A stretch of 64,000 nt of DNA, taken from Mobula hypostoma (taxonomy: Eukaryota). Position 1 is the stretch's first letter. Each line of letters begins with the position of its first letter. The translations under genes and the position numbers were made by a program. Positions 1 through 11,795 of the stretch are shown here, piece after piece. Location: assembly GCF_963921235.1 (NCBI RefSeq), contig NC_086106.1, positions 18,538,001-18,602,000 of the forward strand, read 5' to 3'. The notes below the pieces were generated by a model, which worked only from the letters and a program-made list of their open reading frames with translations, had not been told where the DNA came from and made no database searches.

Positions 1-690
1 GATATCTTTTCTCCATGACCGCAACGTCCTGGTGAAACCTCTCACCATGCTCATCACTAACAGCACCAAGATTTGCAGGGAAGAAGTCTAAATGGGAATG
101 CAGAAAATGAATCTTTAGTGACATATTGCATTTCAAGGTTTTTGTATGCTTGAAGCATGCTTTCAACCAGCTGCATGTAGTTTGGTGCTCTATAGATGCC
201 GAGAAAAGTTTCAACAACTTCCTTGAATGACTTCCATATGATTTTCTCCGGTCCCACTAGAAATTCTTCAAATTGCCTGTCATTGATGACCTGTTTGATT
301 TGTGGACCAACAAAAATGCTTTCCTTAATCTTGGCATCAGTTATTCTGGGAAGCATCTGTCTCAAATATCAAAATCCTTCATAGAAATGTTTGTGCCTGG
401 TGATAGAAAATTCCATCCTTACAGTCCTGAACCCAGTAATTATTACTAAAACCTGTCCTGCCATGCAGCAGCCGTGCCGCCTAAGCATGCTCAAGCCTGC
501 CTGGACAAGATAGGAATCTTTCCAGCTTACTTTGTAGGCAACATTTTAATTGACTTGAATTATGAATTGAAATAATAAACATAAGTGACTTCAAAAAATG
601 GTGCGTGATAGGGAAATTTCATGATGATTTTCATGATCAGTAGCCCAAAACTCATAAAATACACCTAAAGGTATTCAGAAAGCAAAATCT
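1..690 (-). mobile_element. DNA transposon fragment, Chapaev (CMC)-like transposase
   Basis: IFVGPQIKQ...FLG.YRAPNY...CNMSLKIHFLHSHLDFFPANLGAVSDEHGERFHQD across a frameshift. Family name is from memory. Confidence 0.65.
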
Positions 691-699
691 TTGTATTCA

Positions 700-3530
700 G
701 TGTATTCAGAGACATCTTCAAATCAGAATGAATATGCCACAGTTGTCACCAACTTCGTCAAGCCCTGTGTGGATAAGTGTGTGGCTTCAAGAACATACTG
801 GACATACCCAAAGCAAAAGCTGAGGATGGACCAGGATATTTGTAGTCTGCTGAGGGCTGGATCTATGGCAGTCTAGGCTGGTGATCTAGCATTAGACAAG
901 AAGCCCAGGTACAACCTGCGGAAGGCTATTTTAAGAGTGAATAAACTCATCTTGGTCAAGATGGTGCCAGAGTGCAATCCTCCCTCGGTCAACCTCTTCC
1001 AGATAGCTCATGAAAATATCCTTTTTTGGTCTTTTATGTCTATTTTTCTCCTTAAATATGTTTCTGGGACTGTTAGAGTTAGAGACTGCGATTTTGATTG
1101 GAAATTGTTTCAGTGATCCAGTACCTTGCTGACTCTGAGAAGATTCTGAGTATGTACTCAGACGGCTTTGATGCAATGAAACTTCAAGACAGCGTGTGAG
1201 CCGATGATTGACTCCATTTCTCCATTTGAAGCATCCATTAAGTGAGAGAGAGTTTCAGCGCCGATGCCTGTGTTTTGATCACTGCTGGAGATGGATTCTG
1301 TGAGCGGCCCTATTGCTGTGTGTCTCGCTGTGACAGGCGGGTCCGCCTCTCTGCCTCGTGTGGTGTCCCTCTCCTCTCTTTCGATGAATGTTGGTGATAT
1401 CGGAGATGGTGTTGTGTTTCTGTGTTTATGGATTCGACTGTTGTGTTTATGGATTGTGGACAGTTTCAGACTTATATTCTGTGTTTTTATTGCCCGTTCC
1501 TTTTCTGTTTTGTTGTGTGAGGGGAGGGTGTTTGGGGGTCGGTGTTCTGTTAGTTTTTTGTGCAGGGGAGGGTTTGTCTTTGGGGAGTCAATGTTCCTGT
1601 TCCGTTTTCTGAAGGGAGAGGGGGTTATTGGGGGCAACTGATGATCAGTATGCTGTTTTTGTCGGTGGGGGTGGTGGTGAAGGGATGGGTTTGATGTTTC
1701 TCTCTGAACGACTTTCATATTCTTGTTTTCGTGGCTATCTGGAGAACACAAATTTCAAGTTGTATGTGGATACAGGCTTTGATAATTAATGAACCTTTGA
1801 ACAATTCCAATTGAACTTAGAGAAGGAATCAGATCCCCTTCAGCTCTGGCAGACTTTTCAGGCCATTACTTCCTACAAGGTGAAACCTAACAACATGAAT
1901 GGCAGTGATGCTTCATTCTCAGATGAGCTCAACACCATTTAAGCACACTTTGAAAGGGAGAATGAAACTACATGTGGGTAAATCCCTGCAGTGTCTGTTG
2001 ATCCTGTCATCTCTGTCTCAGATGCCAACGTCAGAGCAGCTTTCAAGAGGGTGAATCCTCACACTGAATCAGGCCCTGATGCTGTGCCTGGTACGGAATT
2101 GAAAACCTGTGCAACCAACTGGTGGGAGTGTTCAGGAACATCTTCAATATCTCACTGCTGCAGTCAGAGGTTCCCATCTGTTTCAAAAGAGTGAGAATCA
2201 TACCAGTGCCCAAGAAGAGCAGGGTGAGCTGGCTCAATGACTATCGCTCAGTTGCACCCACATCTACTGTAAGGAAATGCTTTGAGAGGTTGGTCACGGT
2301 CAGAATCAACTCCTGCCTAAGCAAGGACCTGGACTGGACCCACTGCAATTTGCCTGTTGCCACAGTGGGTCTAAAGCAGCTGGAATCTCAGTGGCTCTCC
2401 ACTCGGCTTTGGATCACCTGGACAATAACAATACCTGCTGTATGCCAGGATGTTGTTTACTGATTACAGCTCAGTGTTCAACACAATCATAACCTCAGTT
2501 CTAATCAACAAACTCCAAAACCTGGGCCTCTCGACCTCCCTCCACAACTGGATCCTTGACATCCGCACTGGGAGACCACAGTCAGTGTGGATCTGAAAGA
2601 GCATTTTCTCCTCCCTGGCAATCAACACTGGAGCACCTCAAGGATGTGTGCTTAACCCACTGCTCTACTCTCTCTGCACCCACAACTGTGTGGCTAGGTA
2701 GAACTCAAGTGGCATTTATAAACTTGCTGATGAACTATTGTGGGCAGAATTTCAGGGTGATGAGGAGGCATACAAGAGCAGGATAGATCAGCTGGGTAAA
2801 TGGTATCTCAATAGCATCCTTGCATTCAATGTCAGTAAGATGAAGCAATTGTTTGTAGACTTCAGGAAGGGGAGGTTGTGGGAACACACGTCAGTCTTCA
2901 TTGAGGGATGTGCAGTGGAAAGGGTGAGCAGTTTCAAGCTCCTGGGTGTCAATATTTACGAACATCTATCCTGGGTCCAACTTATTGATGCAATAACAAA
3001 GAAGGCATGACAGTGGCTATATTTTAATTGGAATTTGAGTAGTCTGGGTATGTTGCTAAAGACGATCGCAGATTTCTATAGATGTACCATGGAGAGTATT
3101 CTGATTGCATTACCATCAGGAAAAGCTGCAGGAAGTTGTAAACTCAGCCAGCTCCATCATGGACACGAACTTCCCCAGTATTAATGACACCTTCAACAGG
3201 CGATGGCTCAAGAAGGCAGCATTCATCATTAAGGTCTCCCACCACCAAGGACCTGCCCTCTTCTCATTGCCACTTTCAAGCAGGAGGTACAAGAGCCTGA
3301 AGACACACTCAACATTTGAGGAACAGCTTTTTCCCCTCCTAAATGGACAATGAAGCCATGAACATTACCTCTCCATTTTTTTTTCATTTTGCACTACTTA
3401 TTTAATTTATTTTTTATATTTACTTCATATAGGAATTTATTGCTTTTTTTATAAGTATTTCAATGTACTGCTGCAGCAAAACACCAAATTTAATGACAAA
3501 TGACAGTGATATTAAAGCTAATTCTGATTC
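700..3530 (+). mobile_element. Degenerate Rex1/Babar-like non-LTR retrotransposon, interrupted at about 937-1800 by a nested repeat
   Basis: IFNISLLQSEVPICFK...IIPVPKKS...LNDYR...CFERLV and VERVSSFKLLGV motifs. The element resumes on both sides of the insertion. Confidence 0.8.
1160..1800 (+). mobile_element. Non-autonomous retroposon with a LINE-type 3' tail; related copy at 56860-57395
   Basis: High similarity to 56860-57395, with a GATAAT..GAACCTTTGA tail. Its ORFs are low-complexity artefacts. Confidence 0.7.
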
Positions 3531-3884
3531 TGGTCGAAGAGGTTGGTCACCATGGACTCAAAATCACCAACCACACCTCACGTCTGTACTTATGAAATAC
3601 TGTCTCTCTAAACACACCAGCATTGTGGAATACTCACAATGATATCTTTCTGTATTTCCTCTATTCATCTTTGATTGGTAACACTGACACTTACACACAC
3701 TAATCCTCTCATTGGGACGACCTGGGAGGAACATGTGTTCTCAGTCACCATCGGGAAATAACGTCTAATCTCTGACCCAACAATAAAGCTGCTGTGTTTG
3801 ACTCAAGTGAGAAATACAAAACACTTTACACTGAATCAGAACTGGTGTCAGGGTTCCAGTCGCTTGAGCACAAACTGTGTGTGA

Positions 3885-4520
3885 GGAGTACAAGAATACA
3901 AGAGCAAGAATGTGATGCTGAGGCTTTATAAGGCACTAGTGAGGCCTCACCTTGAGTGTTGTGAACAGTTTTGGGCCCCTCATCTTAGCAAAGATGTGCT
4001 GGAATTGGAGAGGGTCTAGTGGAGGTTCACAAGGATGATTCCAAGAATGAAAGGGTTATCATACTAGGAACGTTTGATGGCTCTGGGTCTGTACTCACTG
4101 CATTTCAGAAGGATGAGGGAGGATCTCATTGAAACCTTTCGAATGTTGAAAGGCCTAGACAGAGTAGATGTGGAAAGGATGTTTCCCATGGTGGGAAAGT
4201 CTAGGACAAGAGGGCACCCCAGCCTCAGGATAGAGGGGCGCCCTTTCAAAACAGAGATGTGGAAAAACTTCTTTAGTCAAAGTGTGGTGAATTTGTTGAC
4301 TTTGTTGCCACATGCAGCTGTGGAGGCCAAATTGTTAGGAGTATTTAAGGCAGAGATTGGTAAGTTCTTAATTGAACATGGCATCAAAGGTTATGGGGAA
4401 AAGGACGAGAGCTAGGGTTGAAGAGGAGAAAAAAAATGATCAGCCATGATTGAATGATGGAGCAGACTTAACGGGCCAGATGGCCTAATTCTGCTGCTAT
4501 GTCTTATGGTCTTAAGGTCT
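3885..4520 (+). mobile_element. CR1-type LINE 3' fragment
   Basis: LYKALVRPHLE..., GLYSL...RMRGDLIETF...RTRGH motifs and the 3' tail. Confidence 0.85.
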
Positions 4521-5059
4521 TTTGGAGCTCTGCAAAATGTTAGGCATGTCGTGGATCACATAACATGTTCTGTGTCCTGCATAGAGTAAGGATGATTTTG
4601 TTGAGACACACTGAGGTTGAGGTCCTGTTCAAAGGGCACCGACACCAATGATTCCTTTGAAGACCTCCCTATGTCTCTTTCTGGGTCTGTCTGTCTCTGC
4701 TTTAGCCACTCAGATTGTCCTCTGCCTTCTCTCTTCAAACATTCACACAGTTTTTTTATTTGCATAGTTCTGATCTCATCCTTTGCCTCTTCTTGCAATT
4801 CTCTCTGTCTCTGTCTCCACTGAACTCACAAGAAGAAAAGAAAACAGGAGAAAGAGTAGACCACCAGATTCCATGCTCTGCGCTGAGATTTCTGGGGATT
4901 CGTTCCCTCTGAGAGAAGCAATTTCTCTGCACCTCAGTTTCAAATGTCTGGCTCCTTATTTCGTAACTATGTCCCCTTGCTTGTGACTCTCTGACGGGTG
5001 ACAATCTCTCAACATCAACCCTCTTGTGCCCCTTTTGTATCTGAAATGTTTGAGTCCAG

Positions 5060-7965
5060 AAATCCTGGATTCTTCTCAACTTCAAGCAATGCAGACACTG
5101 ACAGTCTGGCCTCGGTCACTGTCTGACAGTCACTTCAGTTACAGAAACAGGCCCTTTGGCCCATCTAGTATTTAAACTGCCTAGTCCCATTGAATTTCAC
5201 CTAGACCATAGTCATTCATACCCTACCCATTCATGTACCTACACTCCAAATTTAGCCTCAGGAATGTCTTATACAACTTCAACATTACATCCAATCTCCT
5301 GTACACAATACCTAGATTTGTGAAGGCCAATTGCAACACATCTCACTTAAATTCCATCTGACATTTTTCTGCCCATTGAGTCATAAAGAAGTACAGCCCA
5401 GAGACAGGCCTTTCAGCCCATCTAGTCAGTGCTGAGACATTTAAACTGCCAAGTCCCATTGACTTGCACCCAGACCATCACCCTCCATACCCCTCCCATC
5501 CATGTAACCATCCAAACTTCTCTGAAACATTGAAATCGAGCTTGCAAGCACCACTTGCTCTGGGAGCTCATTCCACACTCTCATAAATCTCTGAGTGAAG
5601 AAGTTTACCTCATGTTCCTCTTCAACATTTCACCTTTCACCCTTAACCCATGATCTCTAGTTGGCGTTCCTCCCAACCTCAGTGGAAAAAGCCTGCTTGC
5701 ATTTACCCTATCTATATCCTTGATAATTTTGTATACCTCCATCAAATCTCCCCTCAATCTTCTACGTTCCAGGAAATAAAGTCCTAACCTATGTAATCTT
5801 TCCTTTTGACACAGTTTCTCCAGTCCTGGTAGAATCCTTTTAAACTTTCTCTGTACTCTTTCAAGCTTATTTACATCTTTCCTGTAGGTTAGTGACTGCA
5901 CACTGTACTCCCAAATTAGGCCTCACGAATGTCTGATACAACTTAAAGATAACTTCCCATCTCCTGTACTCAGAACTTTGATTTATGAAGACCAATGTGC
6001 CAAAAGTTTTCTTTATGATCCTATCTACCTGTGCCCCCATTTTCAATGAGTTATGGACGTTTGTTCTACTGCAATCCTCAGTGTCCTATCGTTCACTGTG
6101 TAAGACCTACCCTGGTTGGTCCTACCAAAGTGCAACACCTCACACTTGCCTGCATTAAATTCCATCTGCCATTTTACCATCTGGTCAAGATCCCACTACA
6201 AGCTCTGATAGTCTTCCTTGCTGTCTACTCCACCCCCCAGTCTTGGAGTTAATTACAAATTTGCTGATCCAGTTAACTATATTTTCATCTAGATCATTGA
6301 TTCAGATGACAAGCAACAATGGACCCAGCACCAAGCCCTGCGAAACTCCACTAGTCACAGGCCTCCAGTCAGATAAGCAACCATCTACTACCATCTCTGG
6401 CTTCTCCCACAAAGCCAATATCCATTCGAAATTACTACCTTATCTTGACATATCTGTAGAATCCCAAAGGATTCTCCTTCACTTTGCCTGCTAGGGCAAC
6501 CTCATCCATTCTTTTATCCCTTCTTATTTCTTTCTTAGGTGTTTTCTTGCATTTCCTATACCCCATAAGTACTTCATTTGTTCCTACCTGCCTGACCCTG
6601 CTGAGACTTCCTTTTCCTTCTTAACCAGGGCCTCAAGATCTCTTGAAGACCAAGGCTCCCTGAATCTGTCATTGTTGCTTTCTAATCTGACAGGCACATA
6701 CAGCAATGTGCTCTCAAAATTTCATATTTGAAGGTTTCCCACTTACCAAGTAAGCCTTTGCCAGAAAACAGCCTGTCCCAGCTCACACTTGCCAGATCCT
6801 TTCTGATACCATCAAAATTAGCCTTTCTCCAATTTAGCATCTGAACCTGTGAACCAGATTCATCTTTTTCCATATTTATTTTGAAACTAATTGCATTTTG
6901 ATCAGTAGGTGCAAAGTGTTCCCTTACACTATCTTCTGTCAGCTGCCCTGTCTCATTTCTTAAAAAGGCATGAAGTATTCCACATCGTCTCGTTGGGACC
7001 TCTCCGTAACGATTAAGGAAACTTTCCTGTGTACATTTCACAAGATCCATCCCTTTTATAGAATGGGAGTTCAAGTCAATATGTGGAAAGTTGAAATAAC
7101 CTACAATCACAACCTTATGTTTTTTGCAGCAGTCTGTGATCTCCCTACAAATTTGTAGCTCTAAATCCTGCAGACTGCTGGGTTGTCTACAATATAGTCC
7201 CATGAACAAGGTCATACCTTTCTTATTCCTCATTTCCACCCATAAAGCCTAACTAGAAAAGTTCTCCAGTCTCTCCTGACTGATCACTGCTGTGACAATT
7301 TCCCTGACTAGTAACGCCATCCCTCCTGCACTGACGTGTCTAAAACAATGGAACCCTGGAATACTGAACTGCCATTCCTGCCTCTCCTGCAACCAAGTCT
7401 CACTAATGTCTACAGTATCAAATTTCATATGTCGATCTATGACATGAGCTCATTTGCCTTTCCTACAATAATACTTGCTTTGAAATATACGCAACTCAGA
7501 ACATTACTCACACCATGCTCAACTGTTTAATTCCTGACATCTGTCTCCACAACCTCTCCACTATCTGTCCTGACTCTCTGGTTCTCATCCCCTGCAACTC
7601 TAGTTTAACCATCCCCACCCCCGCCATGCAGCACAAGCAAACCTTTCCGTAAGGATATTAGTCCCACTTCACTGCAGATGCAAACCATCTGCCCTGACAG
7701 ACAGACATTTAACTGCGCAGTTGCAACAGAACAGTTCCCAACAATGATATGTTTCATTTAGATAGTGTCACACATGCACCAGGTGAGGAGCAGCGAAGTT
7801 ACTGGGAACAAGGAACCCTCATACAGTGATCCGACATCTTTGACACTGATATGACATTTGGTCAGTGGTTTCAACTCTGAACTCTTCGTCAGATGGCCGT
7901 AGGTTCTAATTTCTCTGACCATTAGTTGACAGCTGATCAGTGGGACTCCTGATGCAGGAAGGGTT
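5060..7965 (+). repeat. Segmental duplication block, copy in cluster 1 (paralog 61700-63995)
   Basis: A decayed CR1 plus non-repeat flanks on both sides align with 61.7-64 kb, for example ACAGAACAGTTCCCAACAATGATATGTTTC and GTAGGTTCTAATTTCTCTGACCATTAGTTGACAGCTGATCA. Confidence 0.85.
5140..7690 (-). mobile_element. CR1-type LINE, internally deleted (endonuclease plus RT C-terminus)
   Basis: ORFs 6682-7239 (IVG.FNFP.ID) and 5605-5901 (LERVQRKF..LPGL). Confidence 0.85.
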
Positions 7966-8087
7966 TAGACACCATAGATACAAAGACACCTATTTCTCCC
8001 TGAATGTGCGCCACCTACCACACCACATGTTGAAGGTTCCTTGTTTCCCGTCTCCAAAAATCACAGCTAGAACGTTTTCAAATCATA

Positions 8088-8093
8088 TTTATT
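8088..8093 (-). terminator. Polyadenylation signal for the long secreted form
   Basis: AATAAA on the minus strand about 295 nt after the CH6 stop. Confidence 0.6.
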
Positions 8094-8386
8094 GAACTTG
8101 GATCGGTACATTGACACAACAAAGATTTAATACATTGTGCGGTCCCACATAGGGTTGAAATCCATTCAATCATGGCAGAAGAAGGTCTTAGGATGTACGT
8201 ACAAACTCAGGGATTTGAGGTGAATCATGTTTGTTCCTTAATTTGGTTCTTGATCATAATTTCATTCTTAATTATTTTAAAAGGTCTAGATTTTAAACAT
8301 GTTTTAATCAGCTAAATAATCCTCTGTTATAATTAATAATCATAAAACTAACAAAACTGGGGTTTCATGGATTGAATCACACAGTA

Positions 8387-8772
8387 TTACACACAAGATT
8401 TAAAACTATCAGTCAGAACGAGTGAGACATTGACCAGGGTGGGTTTGCTGTGAGATTTATTGATGCTTCGGAACAGGTTGGTTGTGAGCGACTCATGACC
8501 CACCACACAGGAGAAAGTGGTGCCGCTATTCCACTCCTCAGGAGAAACCTTCAGCTGACTGGTTATTGTGTTCCAGCCATTTCTGGGGTCCTTGGTCACC
8601 GGCTGATTCACAAACCCTGTCTTCAGAAGGGTGTCATTGACCATCCAGGCCACATAGATCTCAGTGGGAGAGAACTTGGTGACCAGGCACATCAAGGTCA
8701 CAGTCTGATCGGTGTCTACCTCATCCGATGAAGCGGGGAGGAGGTAGACATGAGGACGAGCCACAACACCAC
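8387..8772 (-). CDS. IgW: IgW CH6 exon plus long secretory tailpiece (...SKPTLVNVSLVLTDSFKSCV*)
   Basis: C1-set domain followed by a tailpiece with an NVS glycosylation site and penultimate Cys; TAA stop. Confidence 0.95.
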
Positions 8773-9425
8773 CTGGAACAGAGAGAATCTCAGTTAGAAT
8801 GAATCTTCCAATAATTCCCTACGTACCCGACACAATCTGGATTTGCACCAACATGAACAATTTCTAAATCTGAGAGACTTCACTTTATCTGAAACTGAAG
8901 GCTTTTCCCGTTCTGCTCATCATTGGGATTTGTGGAATGGAAATCTTGGACCTGCTGCATTTTACAGCTTCCAGCGAGGTTAGTCTATTCAATTTAATCA
9001 ACAGGAGTCCCTGAACACAGCAACTCGACAGAAAGTGGAACTCAGCCCCTGGACTTGCATCATCCTGTGCTGTTTGTTCCATCTCCCCTGGAGCAGGGGT
9101 GGCAGTCTAAGCTGTGTACCTGTGAGAGGGAGTGAGAACCTGTGGAACTCTTTCCCACAGAAAGCACTTGAAGACATCATCTAATATATTCAAGAATGGG
9201 TTGAATATACTTCTTCGGGTGAATGGGTCAAAGGATACCTGGAGAAAACAGGGAAAGGGATTGAATTTGGATGATCAGCTGAGACCAGATTGAATGGTTG
9301 AGCAGATTGAGAGACCCAGTTACCTGCTCCTGTTCTCATTTTCTATAGTCTATCACAGTGCTGGATGTTGATAAATCTGTCCAGTTGCTAAGATCAGACT
9401 CACACTGAATTCTGTCCACACGTAC

Positions 9426-9746
9426 CTGTGTTCTTCCTGATGGATTTCTTCACCGGTGTTGGCAAACTCTTGTCCTCTATCACACATGAGTACTCAGCCC
9501 CACTGTTCCACTCTGCAGCAGGGACTGTCAGTCTGCTGGTGATCATGTCTTCACCAACGTTGCTGTCTGGACCTAGTGTCCTCACTCCATCTTCCCTCTT
9601 CCTTCCGTCCACCTGCCAGATTACACTGAATCCCTGTAAATCACTGTGAACCACCTCACACAGAATGGTCGCTGTCCTCTTTGTCCAGACCTCTTCGAAG
9701 GAAGGTTTGCTTAAAGTGACAGAGGGGCGGGTGTCTGGACAGTCAT
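9426..9746 (-). CDS. IgW: IgW CH5 exon (cluster 1)
   Basis: 321 nt, DDCPDTRPSVTLSKPSFEEVW...ILCEV...EWNSGAEYSC, G|GTACGT donor. Confidence 0.93.
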
Positions 9747-10504
9747 CTGGGAGAAATGTCACAATTATTATTTTACCATTCCCCAATGGACAAGTTTCTC
9801 ACTGACAAGACCAGCATTTCTGTTCATCTCTGGTCAACGATTTGCCAGTCCCATCAAGATGAGATGAGACCAATCTACATTGGTGAAGAAAGGAATCTCC
9901 CCTTTTGAGCAGACAGGGTAAACACCATGAGGGAACGTAAATGAACGAGATTGGCCCTTACATTGTTTTTGCAGTTTCATGGTCACTTAAACTGTTACCA
10001 GATACTTATTAAAACAGATACAGAAAATCCCCAGTATTTCAGACTGTGTCAGTGGAACAAGAAACAGAGCAAAGTTTCACATGAAAATCTTCCAGAAAAT
10101 ACACTTCGTATTTCAAAATTTATGAGAAATATTTAGTTTCTGTCACAAATATTAAAATGCACTCTTTTTGTCTATCAGGTGTAACTAACATTTGCTGCTG
10201 CTTTGTCAGAATGTAGTGTGTTCAGGCCGCCCTCCAGAGGCTTCTACACATTGTCCAGGCTGACTATTCCCACACAGGAGCAGAGGGAGAGCTGCTCTGC
10301 TGGAAATTCAGTCACATCTGAGGCACTGATCGGAGGCTGGGATTAGGTTCAAAGGTAGAGGGAGGGAGCATATTGAAGATGAGTATCAGCGAGTTGCAGA
10401 GAGCCTGTCGAGTGAAATGGTCTGGATTCTCCTCCAGTTATGAAAGTATTTTCTGGGATACTCTTATTTCTATGGTAAAAGTGTGGATTATGTTGGCTGA
10501 GAGC

Positions 10505-10975
10505 AGAAAACAAACCGATGATTGGCCGATTTAAGTGCCAAGAGAGATGAAAAAGATGAAGGCATTGAGGCTGAGTCAATGGACAAACCGGTATTCAGCT
10601 CACTTCTCGATGAGGCTTCACTCGCCTCAGCACTGAACTGACTCTGCAGCTGCGGCCTGCAGCCATCGGCACTCACCTCAGCACTGAGCCTGGCTCCACG
10701 GCCGTGGCCTGCAGCCATCAGTCTCCTGCACCGGTTGCAGTGCTGAACTGGCAACGTGGCTGTGGATTTACTTCAGGGGGCTCTGCGGTTCAGGTTCTGT
10801 GGATTGTTTGTTTGAATTTTTTTATTGTTTGCACAATTTGTTTTTTCACACATTGGATGTTTGACTCTGAATTCTATTGTATTTCTTTGTTTTGTGACTG
10901 CCTGCAAGAAGAGAATCTCAAGGTTGTATATGGTGCACATACTTTGATAATAAATGTACTTTGTACTTTGAAATT
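10505..10975 (+). mobile_element. SINE-like retroposon in the CH4-CH5 intron
   Basis: GC-rich body ending in the LINE tail CATACTTTGATAATAAATGTACTTTGTACTTTGA. Confidence 0.6.
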
Positions 10976-11086
10976 TATCAGTTCACTCACATAACTAAAC
11001 CAGGGCTGCACCATGATTAGGTGTTTACCTTGAATTCATAGCACAATATAACAATTTCAATAATGGGGTGAGTCCCAGGACCCTAC

Positions 11087-11404
11087 CTTGGTCGTTCTTC
11101 ACTTGCTTCTTGATACTGCTGTTGGAAGGGGGATGAGTCACTGTACAGCTGAAGACTGATTCTGACTTCCACTCCTGTAAACTCATGGTCAGGAAGTGTC
11201 TGGCACTGAAAGTCCACCCTTGCTCCAGAGCGGTTGGTGTAGCACTGGTGTTGGAGGTGATCACGGTGCTGCCTTTCTTCCAAATGACATTTATTTGATC
11301 CGGGTAGAATCCAGAGACCACACACTCCAGTGTGGCCGTTTTCCAGTTCTTGGTCTCTTCCTGAGGTGGAGGCAGCAGTCTGACCTTGGGACTTCTTATC
11401 TCAA
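11087..11404 (-). CDS. IgW: IgW CH4 exon (cluster 1)
   Basis: 318 nt, VEIRSPKVRLLPP...LECVVSGFYPDQINVIW...FSCTVTHPPS, phase-1 GT-AG boundaries. Confidence 0.93.
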
Positions 11405-11492
11405 CTGGAATAGAAAAGAAAACAAAGGAAATGTCAAACATTTTGACTCAGGTAACTAATGCTGGCCATTTAATCGCCGGTCTCTTGCCCAC

Positions 11493-11795
11493 CTTTGGTA
11501 CTATTGGTCCGTGCTGACACTGGGGAAGATGAAGGAGATTCCTGAGCAGAGCACTCGTACTCCACCCCACTGAACCACTCCTCCACACTGATCTGGAGTT
11601 CACTGAGCACTCTGTATCGGGACCCGTCCCTCTCCGCTTGATGGGTGAGAATTCCTTTAGTTTTCTCCTTCCCGCCCACGTGCCAAGAGATGTGGATATC
11701 TTCGGGATCTGTACAGATAACTGTGCACTTCACGGTAGCGGACTTGTTGATCCACATCTCTTCAATGTTGGGATTTTGAATAAAGACAGACAATT
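11493..11795 (-). CDS. IgW: IgW CH3 exon (cluster 1)
   Basis: 303 nt, ELSVFIQNPNIEEMW...C...W...EEWFSGVEYEC...STK, CACAG| acceptor and G|GTGGG donor. Homologous to IgNAR C2. Confidence 0.93.

Noticed and set aside
1158-1751. Long ORFs at 1158-1751 and 56820-57338 as host genes
   Set aside because: Low-complexity translations of a repeated non-coding retroposon.
4758-4765. Octamer ATTTGCAT, also at 46862
   Set aside because: An isolated 8-mer is expected by chance, with no supporting motif cluster.
8387-11795. Assignment of the C exons to IgNAR or IgM
   Set aside because: The domains are homologous to IgNAR C2-C5, but the conventional VH with CDR2, the WGxG J and the Cys-rich short tail indicate IgW.
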